Below are positions 12,443 to 23,028 of a stretch of 64,000 nt of DNA, piece by piece. Position numbers and translations under genes: made by a program. The stretch's first letter is position 1. The number at the start of each line of letters is the position of its first letter. The notes under the pieces were generated by a model, which was not told where the DNA came from, ran no database searches, and saw only the letters and a list, made by a program, of their open reading frames with translations. Location: positions 800,001 through 864,000 of the forward strand of contig JAYFMW010000006.1 of assembly GCA_042408215.1 (NCBI GenBank), written 5' to 3'. This DNA is from Microcoleus sp. (GTDB lineage Bacteria > Cyanobacteriota > Cyanobacteriia > Cyanobacteriales > Microcoleaceae).

Positions 12443-12481
12443 GCGTTTCATCCCCGGCTTGAAAGTCCGGGGATGAAACGC
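12443..12481. repeat. Perfect 15-bp hairpin upstream of gltD
   Basis: GCGTTTCATCCCCGG-N9-CCGGGGATGAAACGC. Confidence 0.7.
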
Positions 12482-12562
12482 GAAGTATTATAGTTAATTC
12501 AGAAGCCCGCCAGCTTCACCTTTGAGAAACTGCCACAAATAAGTTCTAACCAAAACAGCACT

Positions 12563-14047
12563 ATGGGAAAACCAACAGGCTTTATCGAATTCTTGCGCGA
12601 ATTGCCCTCCGAACTCTCACCAGTCGAGAGAGTCCACAACTGGGACGAATTTCACCTCCCAATGGACGAGGACAAACTCCGCACCCAAGGCGCGCGCTGC
12701 ATGGACTGCGGCATCCCATTTTGCCACACCGGAAACCTGATTAGTGGCATGGCCAGCGGCTGCCCGATCAACAACTTGATCCCTGAATGGAACGACCTAG
12801 TATATCGCGGACTCTGGAAAGAAGCCCTAGACAGACTCCATAAAACGAACAACTTCCCCGAATTCACCGGCCGCGTCTGTCCCGCACCCTGCGAAGGCGC
12901 TTGCGTGCTCGGCATCAACAACCCGCCGGTGACAATCAAAAACATCGAAGCCTCAATTATCGACAAAGGCTGGGATGAAGGGTGGATTACCGCCGAACCA
13001 CCGGCTAAACGCACCGGCAAAAACATCGCCATCATCGGTTCCGGGCCCGCCGGTTTGTCCGCCGCCGCCCAACTCAACAAAGCCGGTCATTGGGTAACAG
13101 TGTTTGAAAGAGCCGATCGCCCCGGCGGCCTGCTAATGTATGGCATCCCCAACATGAAGCTAGACAAAGAACAAGTCGTCATGCGTCGCCTGAAAGTTCT
13201 CGAAGACGAAGGCGTAAAATTCATCTGCAACACCGAAGTCGGCAAAGACTTACCAGTAGAACAATTGCTGAAAGAATTCGACTCCGTTGTGCTCTGTACC
13301 GGCGCCACCAAACCCCGCGACTTAGGCATTCCCGGCCGCGAATTAAAAGGCATCCACTTCGCTATGGACTTCCTCACGGCCAACACCAAAGCAGTTTTAG
13401 ACAAGAGCACCAACGATAACTTCATCTGGGCCGCCGGCAAAGATGTGGTGATTATCGGCGGTGGCGACACAGGAACCGACTGCGTGGGCACCTCCATACG
13501 CCACGGCTGCAACAGCCTTGTACAGCTTGAAATCCTGCCCAAACCGCCCTCGGAACGCGCGGCCAACAATCCCTGGCCCGAATGGCCAAAAGTCTACCGT
13601 CTCGACTACGGCCAAGAAGAAGCCGCGGCCAAATTCGGCGATGATCCCCGTGGCTATCTCACCACCTCTACCAAGTTCGAGGGCGACGAAAACGGCAATG
13701 TCAAAGCAGTACATACTGTTGAGGTGGAGTGGGAGAAAAACGAAAAAGGACAGTTCATTCCCAAACACATCCCCGGCACCGAAAAAGTGTTGCCGGCACA
13801 GCTTGTCTTGCTAGCGATGGGCTTCCTCGGCCCAGAACAGCCCTTGCTGGATGCTATGGGATTGGAACGTGACGCCCGCAGCAATGTGAAAGCGGATCAT
13901 GAAAAATATACAACTAGCATTCCGGGAGTTTTCGCCGCTGGTGACTGTCGCCGGGGTCAGAGTTTGGTGGTTTGGGCAATTAATGAAGGGCGTGGCGTCG
14001 CCCGCGAGTGCGATCTTTATCTGATGGGGAGCACGGATTTGCCTTAG
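12563..14047 (+). CDS. gltD: Glutamate synthase (NADH) small subunit
   Basis: [61 protein letters not shown]. Confidence 0.95.
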   Translation: MGKPTGFIEFLRELPSELSPVERVHNWDEFHLPMDEDKLRTQGARCMDCGIPFCHTGNLISGMASGCPINNLIPEWNDLVYRGLWKEALDRLHKTNNFPEFTGRVCPAPCEGACVLGINNPPVTIKNIEASIIDKGWDEGWITAEPPAKRTGKNIAIIGSGPAGLSAAAQLNKAGHWVTVFERADRPGGLLMYGIPNMKLDKEQVVMRRLKVLEDEGVKFICNTEVGKDLPVEQLLKEFDSVVLCTGATKPRDLGIPGRELKGIHFAMDFLTANTKAVLDKSTNDNFIWAAGKDVVIIGGGDTGTDCVGTSIRHGCNSLVQLEILPKPPSERAANNPWPEWPKVYRLDYGQEEAAAKFGDDPRGYLTTSTKFEGDENGNVKAVHTVEVEWEKNEKGQFIPKHIPGTEKVLPAQLVLLAMGFLGPEQPLLDAMGLERDARSNVKADHEKYTTSIPGVFAAGDCRRGQSLVVWAINEGRGVARECDLYLMGSTDLP

Positions 14048-14099
14048 TTTGTAGGTGTGGGTCGATCGAGATTGTTTGATTTCCGATGATTTGTGGGCT

Positions 14100-14295
14100 G
14101 GTAGGGGCGGGTTCGCCAAGATTTTGATTGAAAAACCCCAAATCTGGTAAACCTGCCCCCAACTTACGCAATAACCGAAATCCTGAGCAATTGGGATGGA
14201 ATTGGGTCGATCGACCGTAATATTTGGGTGGGGTAGGGCGGGTTTAGATAATTTGTCGCTGGGTGTCAGATATTTTGGCGAACCCGCCCCTACAG
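14100..14295. repeat. REP-like GTAGGGGCGGGTT/AACCCGCCCCTAC palindromes
   Basis: Two inverted-repeat units; a related unit lies at about 41210-41270. Confidence 0.65.
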
Positions 14296-14459
14296 TTTAT
14301 AACTTTGATAAATTGTTCAGGTTGCCCGCAACAAATCTACTATACAGATTTCTATTCGATCGCCATTAAGCGAATTGACTTTGAAATGCGGCTAGCATCG
14401 GAATTATTCATCTCTCTATTCTCTTCCTCTGCGTTCTCTGCGTTCTCTGCGGTTAAATC

Positions 14460-14598
14460 ATATCAATTCCGGTTGCAGTCAGACATGATAGAGGAAACGG
14501 CAATGCCGTTTCCCTACCCCAAAATAATATTGTAGGGAAACGACTGTCTTGTCCCTGGCTGTGGGTAATATTAATTCCGATGCAACCGGAATTGATAT
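14460..14598. mobile_element. MITE with 18-bp terminal inverted repeats
   Basis: ATATCAATTCCGGTTGCA...TGCAACCGGAATTGATAT; degenerate relatives at about 9077-9210 and 32768-32890. Confidence 0.75.
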
Positions 14599-14705
14599 AA
14601 CGGAGGACACGGAAATGCCGTTTCCCTACCCCCAAATAATCCTAGGGGCGGTGCCAAGAGTGCCCGCCCTCTGTACAGTGCCCGATCGCACTTTTCCATC
14701 CCCAA

Positions 14706-17327
14706 TCAACCAAAATTCAACGGATCGACATCAATAGTTAAACTAACAGAACGTGGCGTGCGTGAAGCGAAGCTATCCCGAAGGGAATCGCGCAATCCGA
14801 TCAAATCCGACAAATCCACCGACTCATCCAAAGGCAACTTCAGCAAAATCTGCCACCGATACCGATTTGCAACCCGCATAATCGCCGCCGGTGCCGGCCC
14901 CAACAACTCACACCCCGGTACAGACAATCGCTGAATATACTCCTGACAAACAGAGGCCAATTGTACCGCCGTCACCGCAACTTCCGCCGCATCTAAACTG
15001 CTTAAGCGCAACAAAATCAGCCGCGCAGAAGGAGGATAATTCAGCGCCGCTCTTTCTGCTAATTCTGTTTCCACAAAACCTGCATATTCGTGCCGCCTAA
15101 CTGCTTGAATTACCCGATGTTCGGGAGTGTAAGTTTGCATAATTACCCGCCCCGGATCGTCGCCTCTACCGGCACGCCCCGCCACTTGAGTTAAAGTTTG
15201 AAATGCTCTTTCGCTGGCCCGATAATCGGATAAATTTAGCAACCCATCAGCAGAGACAACTCCTACCAATGTGACTCCAGCTAAATCTAACCCTTTAGTC
15301 AGCATTTGTGTTCCCAACAAAATGTCAGCTTCCCCCTCCGCAAATTGCGTTAACAATCTGCGATGATCGCCCTTATTTCTAGTCGTATCGCTGTCAAACC
15401 GAATGGCCCGCAATTCAGGAAATAATCTCGTTAATTCCTCTTCGACTCGCTGAGTGCCACTCCCAAAGTTTTTGAAGTAAGGAGAACTGCATTCTGGACA
15501 ATTTTGAGGGTGTCTTTCCGTGTGGTTGCAGTAGTGACAGCGCAACATTTCTGCTGTGCCTTCGCCGACGTGGTGATAAGAAAGCGAAACATCGCAGTTC
15601 GGGCATTCCATCACATAGCCACAACTCCGACAAGAGACAAAGGTACTGTGTCCTCTTCTGTGAATAAATAGGATACCTTGCTGTTTTCTTGCTTGCAATT
15701 GTTCGAGAGCATTTTGCAGGGGTACGCTAAAAATTGAGCGGTTTCCTTGCCGCAATTCTTGGCGCATATCGACTATTTGAATCGGCGGCATCGGGCGCGA
15801 ATAAATGCGTTCTGGCAATGACAAGTAATGGATAGTTGGTAAGGAGTAATTATTGATTTTAGTTTCTACAAAAGTCTCTAAAGCTGGGGTAGCGGAACCT
15901 AAAATTAGGGGACAATTTTCTAATTCGGCGCGCCATTTGGCAACGGTGCGGGCGTGGTAGCAAGGGGCTGGTTGTTCTTGTTTGAAGCTGGTGTCGTGTT
16001 CTTCATCTAAGATAATTAAGCCAAGGTGAGGTAAAGGTGCAAAAATGGCCGATCGCGTGCCGATGACAATTTGCGGGGTTCCAGTGAGCATCTGACGCCA
16101 TGTATCGTAACGTTCGCCGTCGGATAGGGCACTGTGATATACGCAAATTTGCTCGCCAAAACGGGCGCGGAATCTGTCTGTAAGTTGGGGTGTCAGGCCG
16201 ATTTCGGGGACCAGTACGAGGGCGGATTTGCCACTTGCTAAGATTGGGGCGATCGCCTGTAAGTACACTTCGGTTTTCCCGGAACCTGTAACACCGTGCA
16301 ACAGCACTTGACGAAAACCAGAAAAACTGTTAATGAATCCTAAAGCTGACCGCTGAAAATGAGTTAAAGTTTTGGGTGAATCTGGAAGTTGGGCAATTCC
16401 GCGATCGCCCCTGAGCACTTCCCTTTGGTCAATTACAACACTACCTTTTTGTTCCAAAGCTTTGACAACAGAGGAACTCGCACTGCAAATTTTTAGCAAA
16501 TCGTTCAGCCACATTTCACCGCCGCCGCGCCGCAAAACTTCCAAGACTTCTTGTTGACGCTGGGTTAAATCTGTGACAAAAGCACTAACAATTAATGTGA
16601 CGGCCGGCTTCAGTTTTGGTTTGGGAGGATTGGGAGGTTCTAAATAACTTTCTACCCAACCCCGTTTTAGTAAATCTCGCAATCCCCTGTAAGCACCCTT
16701 AACTTGCCGCTGGAGGTATTGCCAAGTATAATCGCCGTTTTTTTGAGATTGCAATAATTGTAAAATTTGACTGGCTGCGGGATTGAGAAATACTTCGGCA
16801 TTCGGAGAAAGAGCATCCTTAATTAACCGGATTCGGCGCACGGAACGGCTTAACAAACCCGGTGGTAGCGAGGCTCTAATTACTTGAATTAAAGGAGTAC
16901 AATAATAGCTAGAAGTGCGATCGAGCAATTCCCAGTAAGTAGGGGCAAAAAATCCCCGACTCACAACATCTTCGACATCTTTAACCCGCGCGGGTTCTAA
17001 GTCTGGCGGCAGTTGAGAAACAAAACGAATGGCGATCGCCCCCACCTGTTGACTGCCAAATGGTACACTCAGAATATCTCCAGGTTGCACCGTCAGTTGG
17101 GCCGGCAACCGATAGGTAAATAACTTGTTTTCCTCCCCTGGGGAGTCCCCCGCACCCCTGAAAGGAGAGTCAACCAAAACTTCGATCCACTGTGCCCGCA
17201 CCGTGGGGCGACTGGGCGGTCGATCGCTGCCATAAGATGCCCCAGGCTCAGCAGCGGAGGGCGTTGATAAAGCAAAAGTGACAGTAGACATAGGGTAACA
17301 CACCAAACTAGAAAGAGCCGCGGTCAT
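14706..17327 (-). CDS. priA: Primosomal protein N' (PriA)
   Basis: HGVTGSGKTEVY, DEEH, CxxC zinc motifs, GTQMLTKGLD, QVAGRAGR, IDVDP; real start may be ATG 17291. Confidence 0.95.
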   Translation of the reverse strand: MTAALSSLVCYPMSTVTFALSTPSAAEPGASYGSDRPPSRPTVRAQWIEVLVDSPFRGAGDSPGEENKLFTYRLPAQLTVQPGDILSVPFGSQQVGAIAIRFVSQLPPDLEPARVKDVEDVVSRGFFAPTYWELLDRTSSYYCTPLIQVIRASLPPGLLSRSVRRIRLIKDALSPNAEVFLNPAASQILQLLQSQKNGDYTWQYLQRQVKGAYRGLRDLLKRGWVESYLEPPNPPKPKLKPAVTLIVSAFVTDLTQRQQEVLEVLRRGGGEMWLNDLLKICSASSSVVKALEQKGSVVIDQREVLRGDRGIAQLPDSPKTLTHFQRSALGFINSFSGFRQVLLHGVTGSGKTEVYLQAIAPILASGKSALVLVPEIGLTPQLTDRFRARFGEQICVYHSALSDGERYDTWRQMLTGTPQIVIGTRSAIFAPLPHLGLIILDEEHDTSFKQEQPAPCYHARTVAKWRAELENCPLILGSATPALETFVETKINNYSLPTIHYLSLPERIYSRPMPPIQIVDMRQELRQGNRSIFSVPLQNALEQLQARKQQGILFIHRRGHSTFVSCRSCGYVMECPNCDVSLSYHHVGEGTAEMLRCHYCNHTERHPQNCPECSSPYFKNFGSGTQRVEEELTRLFPELRAIRFDSDTTRNKGDHRRLLTQFAEGEADILLGTQMLTKGLDLAGVTLVGVVSADGLLNLSDYRASERAFQTLTQVAGRAGRGDDPGRVIMQTYTPEHRVIQAVRRHEYAGFVETELAERAALNYPPSARLILLRLSSLDAAEVAVTAVQLASVCQEYIQRLSVPGCELLGPAPAAIMRVANRYRWQILLKLPLDESVDLSDLIGLRDSLRDSFASRTPRSVSLTIDVDPLNFG
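14763..14786. mobile_element. 24-bp small dispersed repeat inserted in a HIP1 site, in frame in priA
   Basis: GCG|TGAAGCGAAGCTATCCCGAAGGGA|ATCGC; second copy at 32734-32757. Confidence 0.8.
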
Positions 17328-17601
17328 GCTATTTTAGATTTGAGATTTGAGATTTTAGATGACCCCCGTCAGTCAGCCTGCTTTCGGAATCAATCCGGGG
17401 GCCCCAGACCAAATAGCTTTCGGTCAAAGAGAGTTTTCATTATCGCTCAATTTCTCAAAATTAAACATAAAATACTTGGCTGTTTTATCCCCGACTTCTT
17501 AAATAAGTTGGGCATTTTTCCTGAGCTTATTTGTGCGTAATTTCTCTTCATATTAACTATTAGATTTAGCGAATAAGGAACCACCAATTCCCAATTCCCT
17601 A

Positions 17602-17745
17602 GGGCGTGTTTTCAAACCCGGAGATCCCCCCTAGCCCCCCTTAATAAGGGGGGGACAAGAACACTCAAAGTCACCCCCTACTCCCCTTTTTAAGGGGGAT
17701 TTAGGGGGATCGCCGGATTTGATTGGAAAGTTTGAAAACACGCCC
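17602..17745. mobile_element. MITE with 16-bp TIRs
   Basis: GGGCGTGTTTTCAAAC...GTTTGAAAACACGCCC enclosing CCCCCTAGCCCCCCTTAATAAGGGGGG-type hairpins. Confidence 0.75.
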
Positions 17746-17915
17746 AATGCCCAATGCCCCATGCCCCATGCCCTAGGCCCCATGCCCTAGGCCCATGAGC
17801 ACTTAATTTACCAGAGAAAAGCTACATAACCTGTTTGTGTCGATCGCACTTACACAGCAGCGCCATTTTGTGCTAAGAACTAATACTTGAGCAATTTACA
17901 GTTGGAGAGTATTGG

Positions 17916-18860
17916 ATGTCAGGTAGCGAAGTTCGTGCAGATTTTTGGATGAGCGAGTACATCACCCCTTGGGATATCTACGTTCACGGCATCATCAGCG
18001 TGCTTGCTTACAAGAAAACAGCCTTTCAAGAAATGTACGTGGTTGAAACCGGTACCTACGGCAAAGGCTTAGTATTGGATGGGAAATGGCAATCTTGCAC
18101 AGGCGACGAGTTTCTGTACCACGAACCCCTGGTTCACCCAGCCATGACTATGCACGGTTCACCCAAAAAAGTCCTCGTTCTCGGTGGCGGTGAAGGAGCG
18201 ACAATTAGAGAAGTGCTTCGGTGGAAAACAGTCGAAAAAGTAGTGATGGTTGATATCGACGGCGAAGTAGTAGATGCTTGTCGCGAACACCTACCAGAAA
18301 TGCACCAAAATGCCTTTGACGACCCTCGTTGCGAAGTAGTAATCGGCGATGCTTTAGACTATTTAGATAACAGTGACAACGACTGGGATGTTGTCATTTC
18401 CGACTTGTCAGACCCCATTGAAGAAGGCCCTTCTTTCCAGTTGTTTACAAAAGAGTATTTTGAGAAAGTGCGCCGCGTGATGTCGCCTACGGGATATTTT
18501 GTGGTGCAAGCGGGGCCTGTTTCTCCAGCAGAAATGAAAATGCACGCCCGGATTGTCAATACGCTGAAGTCGGTTTTCCCCAACGTTCAATCTTGCACCA
18601 GCTTTATTTCTACCTACGGAGCTCCTTGGGGTTTTGCTGTAGCTTCAACTCAGGAAATCAACACCCGTCCCGAACCAGAAGTTACGGACAAATTACTCGC
18701 CGATCAAACCATCGGTGGGTTCCGAATGTTCGACGGAATTACCCTGTTGGGATTGATGCAGGTTGCCGGCCACTTGCGAAAAGTAATCGCCGCTGAAACC
18801 GAAGTTTACACTATGGCAGAACCTCCTAAATTTTTCGGGAAAGGCTCTGTTGGTCAGTGA
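17916..18860 (+). CDS. speE: Spermidine synthase / polyamine aminopropyltransferase
   Basis: LVLDGKWQS, DEFLYHEPLVHP, LVLGGGEGA, VDID, DLSDP. Confidence 0.9.
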   Translation: MSGSEVRADFWMSEYITPWDIYVHGIISVLAYKKTAFQEMYVVETGTYGKGLVLDGKWQSCTGDEFLYHEPLVHPAMTMHGSPKKVLVLGGGEGATIREVLRWKTVEKVVMVDIDGEVVDACREHLPEMHQNAFDDPRCEVVIGDALDYLDNSDNDWDVVISDLSDPIEEGPSFQLFTKEYFEKVRRVMSPTGYFVVQAGPVSPAEMKMHARIVNTLKSVFPNVQSCTSFISTYGAPWGFAVASTQEINTRPEPEVTDKLLADQTIGGFRMFDGITLLGLMQVAGHLRKVIAAETEVYTMAEPPKFFGKGSVGQ

Positions 18861-18899
18861 AGTTAAACGGAAAGAGAAAAGTCGTTTGGAGTAACTCAG

Positions 18900-19070
18900 A
18901 TGGGTAATTTAATTCGCATAGTAGCTGCCATTTTTCTTCCCCCACTGGGCGTATTTTTGACCGTTGGGATTGGCACTGATTTTTGGATTAACCTGGTTCT
19001 CACCTTTTTGGGCTTTATTCCCGGCATTGTCCACGCCATTTGGGTGATTGCCAAGCACGATCGAGGTTAA
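18900..19070 (+). CDS. YqaE/Pmp3 family small membrane protein, 56 aa
   Basis: MGNLIRIVAAIFLPPLGVFLTVGIGTDFWINLVLTFLGFIPGIVHAIWVIAKHDRG*; not in the ORF track. Confidence 0.9.
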   Translation: MGNLIRIVAAIFLPPLGVFLTVGIGTDFWINLVLTFLGFIPGIVHAIWVIAKHDRG

Positions 19071-19165
19071 GTTATTTTTGTAAGGTGCGTCGCTGTGAAA
19101 TTTTCGAGTTTATTTGGAGATTGTTGATAGCGACGCACCCTACGATATCTACAAGGTTTTATTGA

Positions 19166-20452
19166 TTATTGCAAATCAAGTTCTTCACAAACCAGTTGAG
19201 CAATTTTTTTCGCCGCCCCAGATTCTCCCCGAACTGCACGCAAACGATCGCCCATTTGTGCTAATTTTTCAGGATGGCTCAAATAGTCGATCGCCAACCC
19301 GGCCACCACTTCCGGTTCCAGCTTCCCAACCAACTCTGGGACAATCTCTGCTTGCGCCCAAATATTCGGCCAAGCATACAGTTTTCGCTTCCCCACTCGC
19401 CAGATTAACCAATTAATCACCGTCGCAAAAACAGAACCAACAAACGGTAAATTTGCCAGCAATCCCGGCAAGCCATCCCAAGCTTTCATCGCATCCAATT
19501 GCTGCGTCGGTAGCAACACAATCATCGGTACAGCTAAAGCACCCAATTCCGCAGTATTCGCTCCCACAGTAGTCAAACACAGACTACATTCTGACAGCAG
19601 ATCGTAGGCTGGTGTCTCAGTCCAAAGTTCTATTTGTAAGCCATTTCCTGTCTGCAAAAATGGCGATTCTGTTAAATGTAGTTCGGCGGCGGAATTGGCA
19701 AATAAATGCAGACAAGGATTTTGTTCTGGGTCTGCAAAACGTGCTAAGGTTTGTAGATCTATGGTAGGTGCAACGGGAATTACAAAGCGAGTTTCTGGGC
19801 GGATGCGATGGATGGATTGGGCGATCGACAAACATAACGGCACGCCTAAAGCTAGTTTCGCAGGTTTGGAGCCTGGTAACAATCCAATTAGTTCCATTTC
19901 CCGTAGGGGCGGTGCCCCCGTGCCCGCCCTGTCCAATTTATCCGTGCCCGCCCTGTCCAATTTCCGATCGCCTACTTCCGCAATTAAGTCTCCGACAACT
20001 GTAAATTTATTAGCATATTTGGGGGGAATTTTATCAAATTTTTCCGGTTTCATGGTGGCAAATTTGTCAATCCAGCGATACCACCGCGCGTCCCATTCCG
20101 CATAAATAACAGTGCGATATTTCAGCCTTTTACCAATAACAACTGTAAAAAATTGGTCGCCGCCTAAAAATAAAACAACTCCTTTTTCATGCCAATCCCA
20201 ATTTTCAACAGTTTTGCTAGATAATAGGAATGGCAAAAAATGCTCTGGTGCTTGCACTCGGTCAACTTCTGGGTAGGAACTGGCGATTTGTGCTTCTTTC
20301 CCGGTGGCGTGGGGACAGGGGGACAGGATAACTGAAATGCGGACTTGAGTGCGATCGCATCCTAAATGTTCTCGCAAAGCTTGGACAACAGGACGTACCC
20401 AGGTTGCTAATTCTCCGGGCCCGTTAGAGAGGACTAAGATATCTACTGTCAT
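19166..20452 (-). CDS. Lipid-A-disaccharide synthase (LpxB)-like glycosyltransferase
   Basis: ILVLSNGPGE, GLLPGSK, TTVGANTAEL, AWPNIWA..IVPEL. Confidence 0.75.
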   Translation of the reverse strand: MTVDILVLSNGPGELATWVRPVVQALREHLGCDRTQVRISVILSPCPHATGKEAQIASSYPEVDRVQAPEHFLPFLLSSKTVENWDWHEKGVVLFLGGDQFFTVVIGKRLKYRTVIYAEWDARWYRWIDKFATMKPEKFDKIPPKYANKFTVVGDLIAEVGDRKLDRAGTDKLDRAGTGAPPLREMELIGLLPGSKPAKLALGVPLCLSIAQSIHRIRPETRFVIPVAPTIDLQTLARFADPEQNPCLHLFANSAAELHLTESPFLQTGNGLQIELWTETPAYDLLSECSLCLTTVGANTAELGALAVPMIVLLPTQQLDAMKAWDGLPGLLANLPFVGSVFATVINWLIWRVGKRKLYAWPNIWAQAEIVPELVGKLEPEVVAGLAIDYLSHPEKLAQMGDRLRAVRGESGAAKKIAQLVCEELDLQ

Positions 20453-20488
20453 GGGATTTAAGATTTTAGAGGATACAAAGGAGAAGTT

Positions 20489-20965
20489 ATGACAGATTTA
20501 ATTAATGCGGCCAAGACTGGTGATGTTTCTACTGTAGAAGCTTCGATCGAACAATGTGCAGATGTCAATGCTAAAGATGAGGAAGGTGCGACGGCTTTGA
20601 CGGCTGCGGCTGAGGCTGGCCATTTTGACATCGCCAAAAAATTGCTCGCTGCTGGTGCGGATGTCAACAGTCACGACAATGACGGCTGGACAGCGTTAAT
20701 GAGTGCCGCTGCTGCGGGACATACAGAGATTGTACAAGTTTTGCTCTCAGCGGGAGCGGATGTGAATGCTAGAACTAATTTTGGTTTGACGGCTTTGATG
20801 AGTGCGGCTGGTAGTGGACGTACTCAAGTTGTGGAGGTTTTGATCGAGAAAGGAGCTGATATTAAAGCTAAGGATAATAATACTTGGACTGCGTTAATTT
20901 GGGCATCTTCTGAGGGGCATAAAGATGCCGTTGAGGTGTTGAAGCTAGCGCGCGATCGAGCTTAA
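20489..20965 (+). CDS. Ankyrin repeat protein
   Basis: Repeated GxTALMxAAxxGHxEIVxxLLxxGADVN. Confidence 0.92.
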   Translation: MTDLINAAKTGDVSTVEASIEQCADVNAKDEEGATALTAAAEAGHFDIAKKLLAAGADVNSHDNDGWTALMSAAAAGHTEIVQVLLSAGADVNARTNFGLTALMSAAGSGRTQVVEVLIEKGADIKAKDNNTWTALIWASSEGHKDAVEVLKLARDRA

Positions 20966-21373
20966 TTATCCGTTGCGATCGGGCATCGTAAGGTGCACAC
21001 TGCGTACCCTACTCAGGAATAACTAATGACCGACAGCAGGAATTATAGCCTAGTAAAATGTAGCCAATGATCGTCTATAATTAGATCGTAAAGCTAACTG
21101 ACTATAACTTTCAAACGTCGATTCACCTGATTAGGAATCACAAAGTAGGTTGGAAATCGCTTCATTGTTCAACGAATCCTATTACAGATGTGGGCGACAA
21201 CTTTACTTGAGATGCACCTTTTTTCCTGCCTAAAATGACGGCATTTTTGTTAGCTAAACAGGCGGGAATCCCCAGATACATTTTTTGAGTAGCGCGATCG
21301 CCCACAAAAACTCAAAAGTCATTAATCATCAGTATGAGCTAATGACCAATGACCAATGACTAATGACCAATGA

Positions 21374-22358
21374 CTAACCAATCATGAAAGTACCATTACC
21401 ATTAGATTCTAGGAAGGTCAAATTCAAACTTGCTCCTCCTTCAATCACGCCGAGCACATCTCCAAAACGCTGGATTGACAAATCGTTTCCAACGGGATTC
21501 AGGCTGTAGCCGTCGCTTAAAGAATTTCCTTGCAGTTGGATCAAATCCTTTTCTATGTCGAAGTTGCGAATAGTAGCTTGACCGTTACCCAAATAGAGCG
21601 GTGTCGGGGCTGGATTCCCGGCTGTAGGCGGAACTCCGAGTACGAATCTATCAACTCCCGGGCTGCCAATCAGGACATCGAAATCATTGGTTCCAAAGCT
21701 TTCATACTGCCGATTTCCTGTGGGAGCGATACCTACTTCCACTCCAATCTCTTCGACATTCCCTACACCAACACCAGTGATGATGTCGTTGCTCGGACTC
21801 CCAACAAAAGTAGCGTCGCGGTCCGGCTCAAATTGCCCAAAACTGAAGAAGTGATCCCGACCGGTTTTCAAGGCTCCAGAGTTGACATACGGCACAATGT
21901 CGGGGTTTTTCTGTATGTATTCCGGTTCTAAAAATGAAGTCCCAAAACGACCTTCTTTTGCCCCGAATTGAACGAAATGCTGGTAGCCTGATTTGAAAGC
22001 TGCATTGGGGCCTATAAACGATCAGCAGATCTGAGTTATTTCGTAAATAAAAATCTTCGTTGAACTCAGGCGATACTTTGTTGCGGCCTTCATCGTAACC
22101 GAACTGGATAAAGTGGTCTAGTCCTGAAGCAAAAGACCCGTTTGGGTTGACTGTGCGGACGAAGGGTGCGAGGTCTGGGTTGTTGGCCAGGTAAGTATCT
22201 TCGTCAAAATAACGCGATACTTTAGTTAGACCGGCTTCTCGACCAAATTTTTTAAAGTGTTCTTTTCCAGATTTGATGATTCCTGCATCAATGGCTGGTT
22301 TGACCCAAGGATATTGCGAAAGGTAGTATTGTTCGTCAAAAAATGTGTAGTTAGCCAT
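21374..22358 (-). pseudogene. Frameshifted paralog of the 23029-24018 gene
   Basis: Two ORF halves (21828-22358, 21374-21895) match the intact copy; one extra base near 22021-22025 (GATCAGCAGATC vs GATTGCAGTTC). Confidence 0.85.
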
Positions 22359-23028
22359 GTTTTCCTCCTAAGATTTTGATGAGTTTGAACGGGAAGACAA
22401 ATTAGCTTTCCATTCACTAGATCTATCGGGAACTTACACAATATAGAGGTTATAACTGGTTTTAAATTCCCGGTAAAATATAAATTATTGTGACACAGCA
22501 ATTATCCGAAGGCTACATTATGACTTCAGAATTTAAGCCTTTCTTCGGTCAGTTAATTGCTCGATCGCCACTTGTATTGGTTCTACAAAAATTGGCAGTT
22601 TTTTCAGGATTTTTTTCAGGATTTTTTTCAGGATTTTTTGCTCAAAGGTTGGTTGATTTTTGATTATTGTTATTTTATACATTACCTTGATATATAGATT
22701 CAGGAATATGTCAAGTAAAATTTTATGAATAAATTTTGGAGTATTTGCTAAAGTAATTTGTAAAAAAATGTAACTAAAAGTAGCAATAAATTTGTCGCTC
22801 TGAGGCGGCTCAAGATGCTGTTGAGGTGCTGAAGGTAGCGCGCGATCGCTAACTCGATAGGGCGGGCACGGAAGAGCATTCAAAGTCACCCTTTTGAATG
22901 GGGATTTAGGGGGATAGATTTGGCGAGTGGCCGGAATAGGAAAGTGCGATCGAAAAAAAGTCATCTATCATCAGCATTAGCTAATACTGATGACTAATGA
23001 CCAATGACTAATGACTAATGACCAATGA

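Noticed and set aside
22533..22964. 143-aa ORF
   Set aside because: Spans the duplication junction and repeats; composition not protein-like
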